Positions 1-14,990 of a stretch of 64,000 nucleotides of DNA are shown one piece after another (position 1 is the stretch's first letter; every line of letters begins with the position of its first letter). A program made the translations under genes and the position numbers. The DNA comes from Octopus sinensis. Taxonomy: Eukaryota. The notes beneath the pieces were generated by a model. It worked only from the letters and a program-made list of their open reading frames with translations, made no database searches and had not been told where the DNA came from. The stretch covers positions 14,508,001-14,572,000 of the forward strand of contig NC_043009.1 in the NCBI RefSeq assembly GCF_006345805.1, in the 5' to 3' direction.

Positions 1-1243
<1,243 letters not shown>

Positions 1244-1244
1244 A

Positions 1245-1985
1245 CAGCTCTTACGCTGGAGATGTACTATGGTGTTGGCTGTTCACAACCAGTAAACTAT
1301 TTTTCGAGCACTATTCGGAGTATTCCGTTAGAATGATGTAATTGGAGATTCGTATTCCAAAATGACAAACTATGCTTGAGGAAATTTGAAATTACAGGAT
1401 AAACTTTGAAGACTTCCAGAGGTTTCAAGATCAATGAATACCGTATGCTCTGAAATGTCTTTTGTAATCAATCCATGTGGAACTGAGATTTCTGAGAGTT
1501 CTGAGGGATCATGCAATTAATATGAAGCTTGTCAGTCTTTCCGTTCAGTGGGGAAAATATCGTTCTCCTCCATAAATGCATAGAGGATAGAGTTTAAAAT
1601 GTTATAAGCGGTGCATTAACAGGTTATGGACCGATCGTTGTTTGGAATTTGGTTTTTAATATTCCTAGGGAGTAGGGCATTAATACTACTTGATAACCAG
1701 TCTGGTGTTTACTCAGGATCTCTTAAAATTTCATTGAACAATAGAAGGAACATCTCATGTGCGCACGAGAGGGAATATGCCACTGACAAGTTTTCCCATG
1801 AGTGTTCTAGTAACATTTGGTAGGATCCTTCTCTGAATCAGATCCAATCTTTATTTTCACTGTATGGTTTTTCATCACTCCAAATCTTTTTCCGAAATTG
1901 TTCAACTTCTTCCATGGAAGGTGGTCCTTGATTGCGTATTTGCACCCATTTCGTTGTAGAATGTTTCGGCATAAGATTTGAACAC
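1245..1985 (-). mobile_element. Older, degraded R4/Dong-type RT N-terminal region
   Basis: Minus-strand translation across stops and frameshifts gives PPSMEEVEQFRKKIWSDEK, ILRDPE.TPDWL, PNNDRSITC.CTAYNIL (NYRPITCL-like), EENDIFPTERK and WIDYK. Confidence 0.7.
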
Positions 1986-2362
1986 CTAATTTAGATTATA
2001 AAAATTGTTTGTCCCCCCCCCAATCTTCGTCTTCTTTGAGCCTTGGCATGAACCTTTTGCTTCGGTCTTTCTTTTGTTGATATCAGTTCTCTTGAACTGA
2101 TATCTGCGTACACACACGCACACAAACGAGCACGCACACATGCGAGCACACACACATACACGCACGAATACATAAACATGTACACACACACAGACACGCA
2201 CACACAGAAGCAGGCACAAATAGAGATTCAGACGTAAACGCATGTGCAAAGAGAAATACACAGCATACAAAGACGAAATGGACTAAAGAGAACAGGAAGA
2301 TAAACGTCTGATAGAAGAGACGCTGAAGAGGTCATGTACGTATGTGAATGTGCAAAATATAC

Positions 2363-2400
<38 letters not shown>

Positions 2401-2403
2401 AGT

Positions 2404-2507
2404 TTAAAAACAGAACACAAAGGACATCGCGGTACACGTGTTTCAAGCTATATAAACAATCCGCTTGAAACACGTGTACCGCGATATCCTTTGTGTCCTG
2501 TTTTTAA
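2404..2507. repeat. 45-bp-arm inverted repeat carrying the 3' half of a hammerhead (GAAA-CACGTG-TA)
   Basis: Arms 2404-2448 and 2463-2507 with 2 mismatches and a 14-nt spacer; (TA)n on the left; no CTGANGA half. Confidence 0.75.
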
Positions 2508-2592
2508 TTTTATTTGATATATTCTCTCTCACCTCTGCCACTATCTGGCATATACATGTGGTTACACTTATCAAGTATTCACCCAAAATTTA

Positions 2593-2670
<78 letters not shown>

Positions 2671-2672
2671 TA

Positions 2673-2710
<38 letters not shown>

Positions 2711-2830
2711 CAGAAGCAGGGATAGCAAAATCTTATAAAAGTACTGGTTAATATACTACAGAAAGAGTGCTGAACTTTATATTAATACACCACTGCTAGG
2801 TATCTATATAGACCGTGGTTTATATATCTT

Positions 2831-2861
<31 letters not shown>

Positions 2862-2879
2862 CTCTCTATATATATATAC

Positions 2880-2975
<96 letters not shown>

Positions 2976-3363
2976 CGTCGGTGTGAGCGTATGTGTGCGT
3001 TTGCGTGTGCATACATGCATACACACAAACGCGCTCACATACACACACACGCTCACACACACACACGCATTTATGTATACAAAATGAGACAAGAACGCAA
3101 AACATCCAGACAGGTGATACGACAAAACATCCAGATGGAAAATACATAGAAAACAAGAACGGGTCATTCGGATTTTTCTTTCATCAATCGAGTTATAGAT
3201 TATCTTTGTAATTCCGACTGGTTATACTCGAGATTGCTCCAATCTGGCCAGCCCCAAGGAAAAACTAAGATAAGAGCATTAGATTCCTTGGAAGAAGACC
3301 GCGAATGTATACGAAAACAGGGACGGAAAAAACGGAGAATTTTACACAAATACACAAATCTAT

Positions 3364-3429
<66 letters not shown>

Positions 3430-3487
3430 GTTTGTCTGTCTGCTTGTCTGTCTGTCTGTCTTTCACTCTGCCTCATACATTTATATT

Positions 3488-3527
<40 letters not shown>

Positions 3528-3531
<4 letters not shown>

Positions 3532-3745
3532 ATCCAAACATGAAAACACAAAGAGAAAACACAACAACGCGAGGACGTGGAACAATTATAGTATTATTGG
3601 ACGCTCAGGAAGGAAGGGAAGAAGGAGGGTTCAACGTTTCGAGCGGAGCTCTTCATCAGAAACATAGGAAAAGAAAAGGTCCAGAGAGGGGAAGACGGAG
3701 GGAAAAAAATCGCCAACGGTACACACGCGGTCACATGTACATATA
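3528..3745 (-). mobile_element. HHR-bearing PLE pseudo-LTR / retrozyme-like fragment between two (TA)n tracts
   Basis: Complex sequence flanked by (TA)n on both sides; contains the HHR at 3629-3663. Confidence 0.65.
3629..3663 (-). ncRNA. Minimal type I hammerhead ribozyme (GUU cleavage triplet)
   Basis: Minus strand: GUUU-CUGAUGA-A-GAGC(UCC)GCUC-GAAA-CG-UU^GAAC; stem III is the palindrome ACGU. Confidence 0.75.
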
Positions 3746-3765
3746 TGTACATATATGTATATATA

Positions 3766-3819
<54 letters not shown>

Positions 3820-3872
3820 ATTGGTGAATTGAAGAAATGGAGCTGAACGCAGATTGAACAGAAATCGTTTTA

Positions 3873-3961
3873 TTTCATTCTACACGTGTTTCGAAAGGCA
3901 CAAATTACCAAAATTCGATTGAATAATGGGACCATATTGTGTCTTTCTCTTCAGGAAGAAA
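3873..3961 (-). ncRNA. Type I hammerhead ribozyme, family A
   Basis: Reverse complement of the motif at 4535-4623. Confidence 0.8.
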
Positions 3962-4534
3962 AAAGGAAATCCGTTGGAAAAACAAAAACAGAACAGAGGC
4001 GGAGCAAAAAACAAATCGAACTGTGCTCCTAAGAGCCCATGGCGAAACTGTTTATCAGTGTATGTTGAGAACCGGTGGCTGAAGAATTCAACGGGTCAGG
4101 CACGGTCAATCATGTGGGTGAGGGTGTATAGATGTTCTTTGTGACCGAGAATAAAGTTCTGACTATTTAAAGAATATTGGATGTTTTATAAGGGGCGAGA
4201 AAAAATCTACTTAGAGACGTGTGTGTGTGTATACTGTTCTATATATGTGTGTGTAGAACAGTATACACACACACACGTCTCTAAGTAGATTTTTTCTCGC
4301 CCCTTATAAAACATCCAATATTCTTTAAATAGTCAGAACTTTATTCTCGGTCACAAAGAACATCTATACACCCTCACCCACATGATTGACCGATGCCTGA
4401 CCCGTTGAATTCTTCAGCCACCGGTTCTCAACATACACTGATAAACAGTTTCGCCATGGGCTCTTAGGAGCACAGTTCGATTTGTTTTTTGCTCCGCCTC
4501 TGTTCTGTTTTTGTTTTTCCAACGGATTTCCTTT

Positions 4535-4623
4535 TTTCTTCCTGAAGAGAAAGACACAATATGGTCCCATTATTCAATCGGATTTTGGTAATTTGTGCCT
4601 TTCGAAACACGTGTAGAATGAAA
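4535..4623 (+). ncRNA. Type I hammerhead ribozyme with long stem II, family A (GUA triplet, predicted cut after 4615)
   Basis: UUUCUUC-CUGAAGA-GAAAG.CACAA[loop]UUGUG.CUUUC-GAAA-CACGUG-UA^GAAUGAAA. Confidence 0.8.
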
Positions 4624-4831
4624 TAAAACGATTTCTGTTCAATCTGCGTTCAGCTCCATTTCTTCAATTCACCAATAATGTTTTAATTTCAATTATCCGC
4701 ACCAACGCACGGTTGCAACGCCAGATGGTTGTACCTCCAACCGTGCTGTTTACTGCTGTGATTTTTGCTACTAAGGTATCGGTTAAACTTTTGATTAATC
4801 TACTACAAGATTATTCAACTTTCTATTTCAC

Positions 4832-4867
<36 letters not shown>

Positions 4868-5019
4868 CATATATATGTTTATATATATGTGTGTGTATAA
4901 TAAAACTTTCTCACCTTTCCGAGCGTTAATATAATACACCTATATGTTGTTTATACACCTGTCTGTAAATTTCAAGTATATATATTCTTTTTTTCTTTGA
5001 TTCTTTTATTCATTTCTGT

Positions 5020-5190
5020 CATTTGACTGTGGTCATGCTGGAGGACCACCCTTAGTCGAACAAAATTTCCCCAGAAGTTATTCTTTGTCAGCCTAGTACT
5101 TATTCTATCGGTCTCTTTTTCGCTAAGCCGCTATGTTACCGAGACTTTACCACACGAACATCGTCAAGCGATGGTGGAGAAGAAACACAC
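5020..5190 (+). mobile_element. Degraded SINE body/3' fragment (cephalopod-type)
   Basis: Motif AGCCTAGTACTTATTCTATCGGTCTC...GTCAAGCGATGGTGG then (CA)n; related pieces at 22520-22660 and 23110-23225. Confidence 0.5.
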
Positions 5191-6294
5191 ACAGACACGC
5201 ACACACGCACAGACACACGCACACGCACACAAAAACACACTCTGACACACACACATATATGTATGTATATGTGATGAAGATATATCTTTTATAAAATATA
5301 TATGAAAGACACAGTTCCGGTAGTTGTTCAACCAAATTCGGTACAATTTTGGAACTTATAACTATAAGATATGTTGTAAGTGTAATAACAAGAAGCCTCT
5401 ATATATTATATAGTAAATGCGTATAATGCAAGTATCAAATAAACTGTATGAATATAGCAAATGCGATAAAAAGAACATCGATGACCTATTTAGTATACAA
5501 AGTTTAGATGCAAGATGAAGGGAAAAAGAAGCTACATTGAAGTCATTTATAGATTTTTCCACGTTGTCTTGATGGTGTCAGTCTAGCCAATCGAAAATAT
5601 ATTCGGTCAACATCAAAGTTATGGCATTCTATCGGTTTTAGGTGGAACTATGAAACAGGAAGTGTTTAAATGACCACATCGTAACGTAAATTGTTTGAAA
5701 GGATTGTAAAGATGCGTAGAATTAGGAGAAAAAATATTATAGTGAAAACATGGGTATTAAGATATTTATATAGAGATAAGGAGTAAAAGAGGTAAGTGAA
5801 GTGGAGGGAACAGGGAACAGGGAAATGGAAGGAAAGAGAGTAAGAAACGTTAACGAGCATTGAGAAAACAAATGCCGAATGTGACATGCGCAAAGAAAGA
5901 AATATGTGAAAGGCATAGAAAGGCATGTGATGAGAGTGTAAACTAAAGATATACATTTATATTATGTATCTATTCCTACTTCTGTCAAACTATATATTTT
6001 TCTTCATATTATGGATTTATTCATATTTCTGTCTATTTATTTTTCTGCCTATTTCTATATTCATTCGTGAAAATACATTAGGACAATGAGATATAAAGCT
6101 TGGAGCAACTGGAATATAAAAATGTTTTAGAAATATATACAGAAGTATCCTAACTGAGCAAAAGGAAATCCCAGTGGCATTAACGTCACACAGGGCCAAC
6201 TAGAACACAGCATGCCGGTTTCGTTTTCCAGTAAATATGGTGTATATAAGTTTTCGTGCGTGTTTCAATGTGTGGATATATGTATGTGTGTCTA

Positions 6295-7494
<1,200 letters not shown>

Positions 7495-7565
7495 AATAAT
7501 AATAATAATTATTATTATTATCATTATTATTATTATTACTATTATTATTATTATTATTATTATTA

Positions 7566-7604
<39 letters not shown>

Positions 7605-7630
7605 TATCATTATTATTGTTATTATTATTA
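7495..7630. repeat. (AAT)5 switching to (ATT)n microsatellite
   Basis: Read directly; switch at about 7509. Confidence 0.95.
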
Positions 7631-8626
7631 GTATATTTTCAAAGAATTGACGTAACTCTTCACAAAGGAAAACAGACAAGACCAAAAGCATGATGCGATT
7701 GTAATAGATATTTTATTGGTTGAACGATATTTTGACAGCAAGCCTGTCTTTGTCGAGTTCAAAATGAAAAGTGATAAGAATTGAAATTTATAAATATTCA
7801 AAACTAAAATACGAACGCGAACAAACAGCGTTTACACGTTGATGGAATGACATCGTCAGTCTTGAAGTTTCAATTTTTCAACTGGCAAAAAGGAAAAAGA
7901 AAGAAAAAAGAGAAAAAGGAAAGAAAAAAGAAAAGGAAAAAGATGAAGAATATTAAGCAGTTTTGAGTAAATTTGATGAACGTCTCCTATCGTTTTATTT
8001 TCTGAGAATATGCACTTTTAAGTCTTTTTCAAAAATGCAGACGTTTGATGCAAAATATTCGGCGATTTCTGTCGAACTACTGTGCCTCCAACAGAGGTTA
8101 ATAGTTCTCTTATATTTTTTATTTCATCTAAAGTCTACAATAGGTAGTCTGAGGAAATATTTGTTTGAAATGAGGATATTTTCCGCAACATGCTGGTAAT
8201 TTTTCATGAAACACTTTTGAAATGCCAGCGAAATTTGGGTGCCAGTTAATCACTAAAGGAATTCTGTCACATATTGTGCTGTGCTTGCTAAAATTATACA
8301 TGGATTTGGTTTGATTTTCTTTGCCAATCTTGGCTATTTCATTTGCTATTTTCTTTAATCGTAAATCACTGTCATCACGATTGACATGAATATTTTCATG
8401 TTTCCTGTAATTCCCTATATCAATGCAAATCTGATTTATCCTAAAAAATTGAGATTTCGGATTTGACCGAATTATATGGTGGATGATCGGAGCGGCGGTG
8501 GAGGTAATTGCGGGATGACGTGGGATTGCAATATAAATTTGTCACCATTCTGCCTCCAGAAAACTTAACTTTTGTGTCCAAAAATTCAACGCTTGTTTTT
8601 GAAAAACTAGACATAAAATGTACCTC

Positions 8627-9025
8627 TATGGACTTATGTTGATGTTTCTTTCGTAGTTATAATTATTATTGATGTATCAACAAGAGACCAAGAAGCAACA
8701 GCAATGTGCATATATATAGATGTCTTGCATAAATATGGATGTATAAGTAATTAAAATTTCAAATTTTACTCACAGATTTGGAGTTTTGGTATAGAATTGT
8801 TGCAGTGTTTACATCTTTCCGCACATGTTGCTGGGACGGTGCATCAAGGGAAAGCTATTTTTTGCTTATATATACTCCTTACAACAAAAAATATTTTACA
8901 GTGCGCTTACTTTTTACTTGAACATGCGTCATGGACATGTGTTGATGTTTCTTTCGTAATTATAATTATTATTGATGTATCAGCAAGAGACTGGAAAAAG
9001 ACAGCAATGTGCACATATAGACAGG
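8627..9025 (+). repeat. Diverged ~95-bp direct repeat pair (about 8627-8720 and 8930-9025)
   Basis: Both copies contain GTTGATGTTTCTTTCGTA.TTATAATTATTATTGATGTATCA.CAAGAGAC. Confidence 0.7.
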
Positions 9026-10549
9026 TTTGTTTTGCTTTTAACTATGTTTTGTTTTTCTGTATATAGATATGCACAACGGACCCACCACATAAAATGCATA
9101 CGAATTTTGATACTTGATACCTCATAATTTTAATTTTTTTTCGAAATTTAATCTATGAGAAATAATCAAGTCAGTCAGATAAAGACTTCAACAGTATTAG
9201 ATAATGAAATACGCAAACGAAGAGAAAATACACTTCAATAGGAAATTTCAAGCAGCTCCAATTCCGCAACTTATCAGATACAACTCTAAGAATGTTCGCA
9301 AGAATTATTCTGAAAGGTCATAGATATCAAAGAGCCCATCAAAGCAAAACTTGGTACTATAAGAGTACTACGAATCTTCAAGTGGATCTGAGCAGCAAGT
9401 GTGTCTTGAGACAAGAATATCACAATCTAGCATTCATCGCAATTTTAAGTGCTTTCATGGAAAAAGTCATATTCCAAGTAAAGACTCTGTTCTTAGTAAA
9501 TACGATCTGAATCGAAGAGTGCAGTTTTGCGAATGAATATTAGCAAGATGTAGAAGTTGCACACTTTGCAGCAGTAATTATATGAAGTGATTTAAATTAT
9601 ATGACTTGATTGCTGTCACAGTTGCACCGACTGGAGTTATGAGAAACAGATTCATAAGAAGCAACACCATATTAATTATTTGTTGGGGGATACTTTAAAA
9701 AATGTGGTGTATATAACTTGTATACAATCGGCAATAGTCGTCGGATTGATGGCAGCCGTTGAATGCAAAGGCGCAAAAATGCTGACGTTTACGATATCAT
9801 TAGTTCAATTTACAACAGCCATCTGCGTTCATATATATATAGCATATATAGAATCATGGATAAACATAAATATAAATATATATATATATGTATATTAACA
9901 TCGTGAAGCTAAGACAACTTGTCGATGGAAGCATTGAGGCAAAAAGATTCCTTTATGACCTTGAATTTGATGCTTCAAAAAAGCTTACACTCGAGTTAGT
10001 GTCCCAAAATTTAAAAGAATTGTTTCAGGACCGCATTTATTCTTATTATTAACTTCTCCTTGAAAAATATGTGTTCATAGATCTTCCTTTAATTTTTTGA
10101 AAGAATAAAGATTATTGCAATAGAAACTCTTTAAAGTATATCTTAAAGCGGAAAGAAAGTACGCTAAACTGCATAGGAATAATAAAACACCATAACGAAG
10201 ATAAAACAAAAATACTCTCCTGGCGTTAACAGAAAGCACCGCATGGCTAAAGTCTAATTAAAAATAGGTGAAGCAGAAACTGCATGACAAAAGCTCGATT
10301 AAATGAGCGAAGAAAGTATGGTATGCCAGGAAGACGAAAGAAATTGAAATCATGGAAGATAATGTATATTAGAACGTATCGCTTTCTAAGATGCAGTTCT
10401 GCTGTAGTCAATAACTGACGGCACAAAGCTAGGGATTTTCGGCAAGAATAACAGAAAGAAGTGAAAGTTTCTAAAACAATACAATTTGAATGTGAAGCAT
10501 CAAACCATTGCTCGCCTTATACTCAACACTGAACTAGAAATCTTGTAAA

Positions 10550-10985
10550 AACTAAATTTGCATTTTTTCTAGTCAATAATTTCTTTGACAATATTACAAA
10601 TTACAACAATGTCATGTTTATAATTTCCTTAGGTTGCCGGGAAACCACAATATCTAATATCGATCCAATATCGAAATTGCGTGGAGAGGTTTATGACAGA
10701 ATTAGGCCACATCAAATGTTTTCTCATATTTACTTTAACGACATGCTGCATGAAACAACAAAAGCTGTAAAACATCTAGATTGCCAACTCTAATGTGATA
10801 ACGAAATTGCACGATTTCTTACATTGTTTCAATTCATATTTTTGTTTTTTTTCCTGCCAATAATTTACTTGACAATATGATAAGTTACATTAATACCTTG
10901 GCCTTAGCTTCCCTCAGTTGCCAGGAAGCCACAATCCAATAACAAAATTGAATGGAAAGGTTTATCGCAGAATTAGGTTACAAAC
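10550..10985 (+). repeat. Old diverged direct repeat pair (about 10550-10720 and 10840-10985)
   Basis: Shared CAATAATTT.CTTGACAATAT, GTTGCC.GGAA.CCACAAT and AGGTTTAT..CAGAATTAGG. Confidence 0.55.
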
Positions 10986-12770
10986 TCCATTACAAAAGCT
11001 ACATTCAAAAGTTGCCCAGATGTTCTTTATCAACATACTACGAGAAAAATTCCGCTTTGAATTTTGATTTGACATCCAAATCTTAAGAATGCTTATGTTG
11101 TTTCATTCTATATGTTAGAAACTTCAAGTATGGTTTTAATCTGCACAAGTGAAACTGAGAGTCTAAGATACCAACTACAAGAGAAGTAGAAATTCCTGCA
11201 GCTCTGAAGCATCTGCAAGACTTCATAGAATTCCTCAGATTTTCCAGTTAAACATAAGCAAATTCTTTTTAATAGCCATCATTGTTCTACTTTATCTCCT
11301 ATTCTTAATTCAATCTAATTTTTAGTTTTCTTAGATTTTCTTAATGTTTTTTTTTGTGGGTTATATTGTTTAACTATACCATCTTTACTAATGGCACTGC
11401 TTTCAATTAATCTGTGAATATGAAGTCCAATTTGTCTCATCGGATAAAAATTGCTGCTGCTCTCGAATGTAACTTTAATTCTTGCCTATTTGAAACGTTA
11501 AGTGTTTGATAATTTTTAGGTCTGCAAATATTAAACATATTTCAGTTATTAGTAATGCGAGATTTAATGATATTCGTATTTCTATGTCTGATATCATTCT
11601 GTCACGTGAAAAGTTTTTCTAGAGATATTTCTCTATACTATTATATTATTAGTCTCATTAGTGAAATCTGACTCGTGTTATTGACCTCATTATTATTTTC
11701 CCTCTGGATGCACTCTTTATCTATACAACTCCCTTATTCGTCCTTGACGGACAGTTATTGCAACAGAGATCTGTATGAAATAACGCTGGTATACCGTTGT
11801 CACTTTTCCATTTTCTCTTCTTGCTCAAGTTCACAATGACCCTATTTAACAGCTAATCTTCAACTCCTTTCTCATCGAAGGCACATTGCTTCCTTTATTA
11901 ATGATTCCATGATCATCCTTCAGTCGGATATTGTCTGCGAATTCCAATCCTGTTACTGCTTTGGTCAAATCCTATAAAAAAGTTTCTTCTATAATAGTTT
12001 CTTTAGTAAAATGTATTTTCCTTCTTTGAAATGGTCTTTATTTCTTTGAAAACTCGTATAGGTCATTTCAAGGGCAGCTCCTCGTTAGACTTTTTCTACT
12101 TTATTTTGTGAATTCTAATATATAAATTATTACTTGAAGACTACTTTGTTGCCGATTGCTTGCCTCCTCATGGGAGTAAGTATCAATAAAAATAAAATGT
12201 GGGCCTAGAACGTACGGATAAACTGTTAAATTAAGATAATACATTCAATTTGGGAGGGAAATGAGAATTTCTGTTCAAATGTTTCCGTCCGTAGGGCAGG
12301 TATTCGGTTAGTAAACAAAATATATACAAGTTTTGAAAATTCATAAATAAATTGTAATATTGGTGAAGCTCAAGAGAATAAATGTTTCAGAAAATGAGAA
12401 AATATTGTAAGTTATTAGACTGATGTTTACATACGAAGTGAAATGCTGCGGTATATAGAGAAACATATCTTTACAACTACTCGTATATACACAAGAAAGA
12501 TTTTATGTTACTGATACAAGCATACACACATACATATATAGACTAGAATGTACATATATTCATACAAACATTATGCATATATACATGTATTTATATACTT
12601 ATACGCACTCTTATATAATTATATTCTTACATACAATAATCATGATTATATTTTGTAATTAGACGTGCGTGTCTGTCTGTATACATTCTCATGCGTATAA
12701 ACACAGATGCATACATTTAAACATACATACATACAAACAGAAGTACATACTAATCCATATATATATATAC

Positions 12771-12816
<46 letters not shown>

Positions 12817-12961
12817 TGTATGTGTGTGTATCTCTGCCTCTGTTTGTGTGTATAAATTTAATCACACTATGTTTATACGCATGCGTATGTATACGGACAG
12901 ACACATCTAATTATAAAATATATTCATGTATTATTGTATGTATGTATGTATCTATTTATAC

Positions 12962-13022
<61 letters not shown>

Positions 13023-14049
13023 GTATATATGAGGATTGAGAGAGATACATATATAGATGATTAGATACATACATACATAATATCTTTGCGTGTGAATGTG
13101 TATATTTTTGCCTACGTGTATGCGCATCTGTCTCTATTGAGCAAAATCATTCTATTTTAAATTTCTCGTCAACATTTCATTCGATATGCACAATAAAAGT
13201 CCCCCTTCCCCACTAACAATCCGACAATTTCCAATACTTCTATATCCCTTCACAATGTCCAACAACTACCATAACAATATACAACTAGAACTGTAAAAGT
13301 TAGCAACCACAACAACAACAATTACACGTTCGTGTGCTTTTAGTGACTTTATCAAAGATGCTACTAAGTCAGTGCATTCTGTTTATAGCTTCCAATTCCT
13401 CAAGGAATAAATTTTTGTAGACATCTTTGCCGTAAATATATCTTAGATTTTCGTTATCAGATATAAAACAGACATACAAGAATGTATTTTTATGGAGTCT
13501 AATGTTTATAGTGTTGAGAAAAATGGCTGGATAGTAACAATTCAAAGTTGACATTTAACACACTGGCCACTTCTCTTGGCATCAAATAGAAGCTAGACGG
13601 ATATATAACGCGTCCATTGTTTGGTAAGTGGTCAACATATTAGTGGAGAAAAAAACTAAATAAATAAATGCATCGCTTGAGTGTATTCTAATGAAATATT
13701 ATTCTGTAAGATGGTGGTGATTGCTACTATCGACAGTGAGACTAATTGAACTAAAACGATTCTACGACGTGTGCCCCCTTCATATATATAAGTTAATAAG
13801 AGTTTGAGAAAATCATAAGAACCAGCCATCTATTTCTCTTTCTCTCTCTCTCTCACCTCTTCACTCCATTTTATGTCTACCTTTATATCTTAAGTGTGTA
13901 CATTGATGCGTGTATATAGCTATGTGTTTGGTGTGTGCTGTTCCACGTGCGTTTAAGTGCATGTAGTTCACTATGCATTAAATATTTGCCTACTATTTAG
14001 TCTAGGCGCCTCGATGACATTACATTCAACGGTATTTCTCTTAATAGAG

Positions 14050-14990
14050 TTGAAAAATTTAGATCACTGCTTAAAAAGAAATTACAGGGCCTCTTATTTT
14101 TTCTTACTCTGTATTTGATTGGAAAATAATATATTGTTTAGTTTCGAGCAAGTATAATATAATTGGCGTTTTTATCAGAGTGGATATTAAGTATTCTTTC
14201 TGTTAGATGAGTGTATGAAGGTATTTGCTCGCTTGTTACCTGCGGCACGGTCAGTCAAGGAAAAAGTTCCAGTAGAAATTATTTAGTGGATTCTTGTTAA
14301 AATCGTCGTTGCTCCTTGCGTTTTGTAGAATCCTTTGGTTGGATGATTAGCTTGGGGTGTCTGGGTAACAGATCAATGGAGGTTATATGAAGAAGATAAA
14401 TATCGGGTGGGGTGTTTATCGTCACAGTTGTGTGCGTTCTAAGAGTTAGGAATAAATAAGTATTTAATGTACACAAGAATAAAAGAAATGACCAGATGTG
14501 ACAGAGTGTACATTAGAGAGAGCGCTGGATGCGTTGCATGTTGTGATGTTATAGAGCAGGAGTCTCTCAAGCTAAGAGATGAGAGAGAGTAGATTCCACA
14601 AACTGGTAGCTTAGCTTGGGGAATCCTATAAAAAATGCTTTGTTGATGTCGAGTGCAGCATATTTCTTTGAAAAAATAAAGAAAAACTCTTCATAGAAAC
14701 AAAAGATTATTGGTGAGTGACATGCAAGAGGAGGGCATATTAGAGGACCGTACTCGTTGCTGCCGAGGAGAGATTTGAAAGGTTGAGGTATTTAACTCTC
14801 AGCCTTTGATTCCGTGACTTTTGAAGAACTGGAAGTGAGAATGCCAGATCCATATTTAAAAGGGTCAAAGTGGTTCCTTTCATGTGAACACAGTTTTCTA
14901 GAGGAGAAGAAATATGGTAATTTTAAAGTATATGTCTTTTCGAAGAATATCAGGTCAAACGTGATGTCAGAAGACTTCCTATTAGAAATC
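14050..14990 (-). mobile_element. Highly decayed CR1/L2-like LINE reverse-transcriptase region
   Basis: Minus-strand pieces in the expected order: NHFDPFKYGSGILTSSSSKVTES (DPSNYRPIALTS-like), LLGSNEYG (LLSD.QYG-like), AALDINKAF (ALDISKAF-like), KLPVCGIY. Confidence 0.6.

Larger units (their letters stand above)
3811..4833. mobile_element. Foldback (head-to-head) HHR element, family A copy 1
   Basis: Arms 3811-4241 and 4254-4685 are near-perfect reverse complements with a 12-nt spacer. The right arm continues to ~4833 and ends in (TA)n; the left end abuts (TA)n. Confidence 0.9.

Noticed and set aside
3075-3355. Repeat-like block with a possible decayed HHR on the minus strand (TTGATGA...CCGAAT near 3160-3190)
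   Set aside because: Core has two mismatches and the stems cannot be paired convincingly.
11400-12050. Possible decayed RTE reverse transcriptase on the minus strand (DLTKA-like word)
   Set aside because: Only isolated short words match; too degraded to call.
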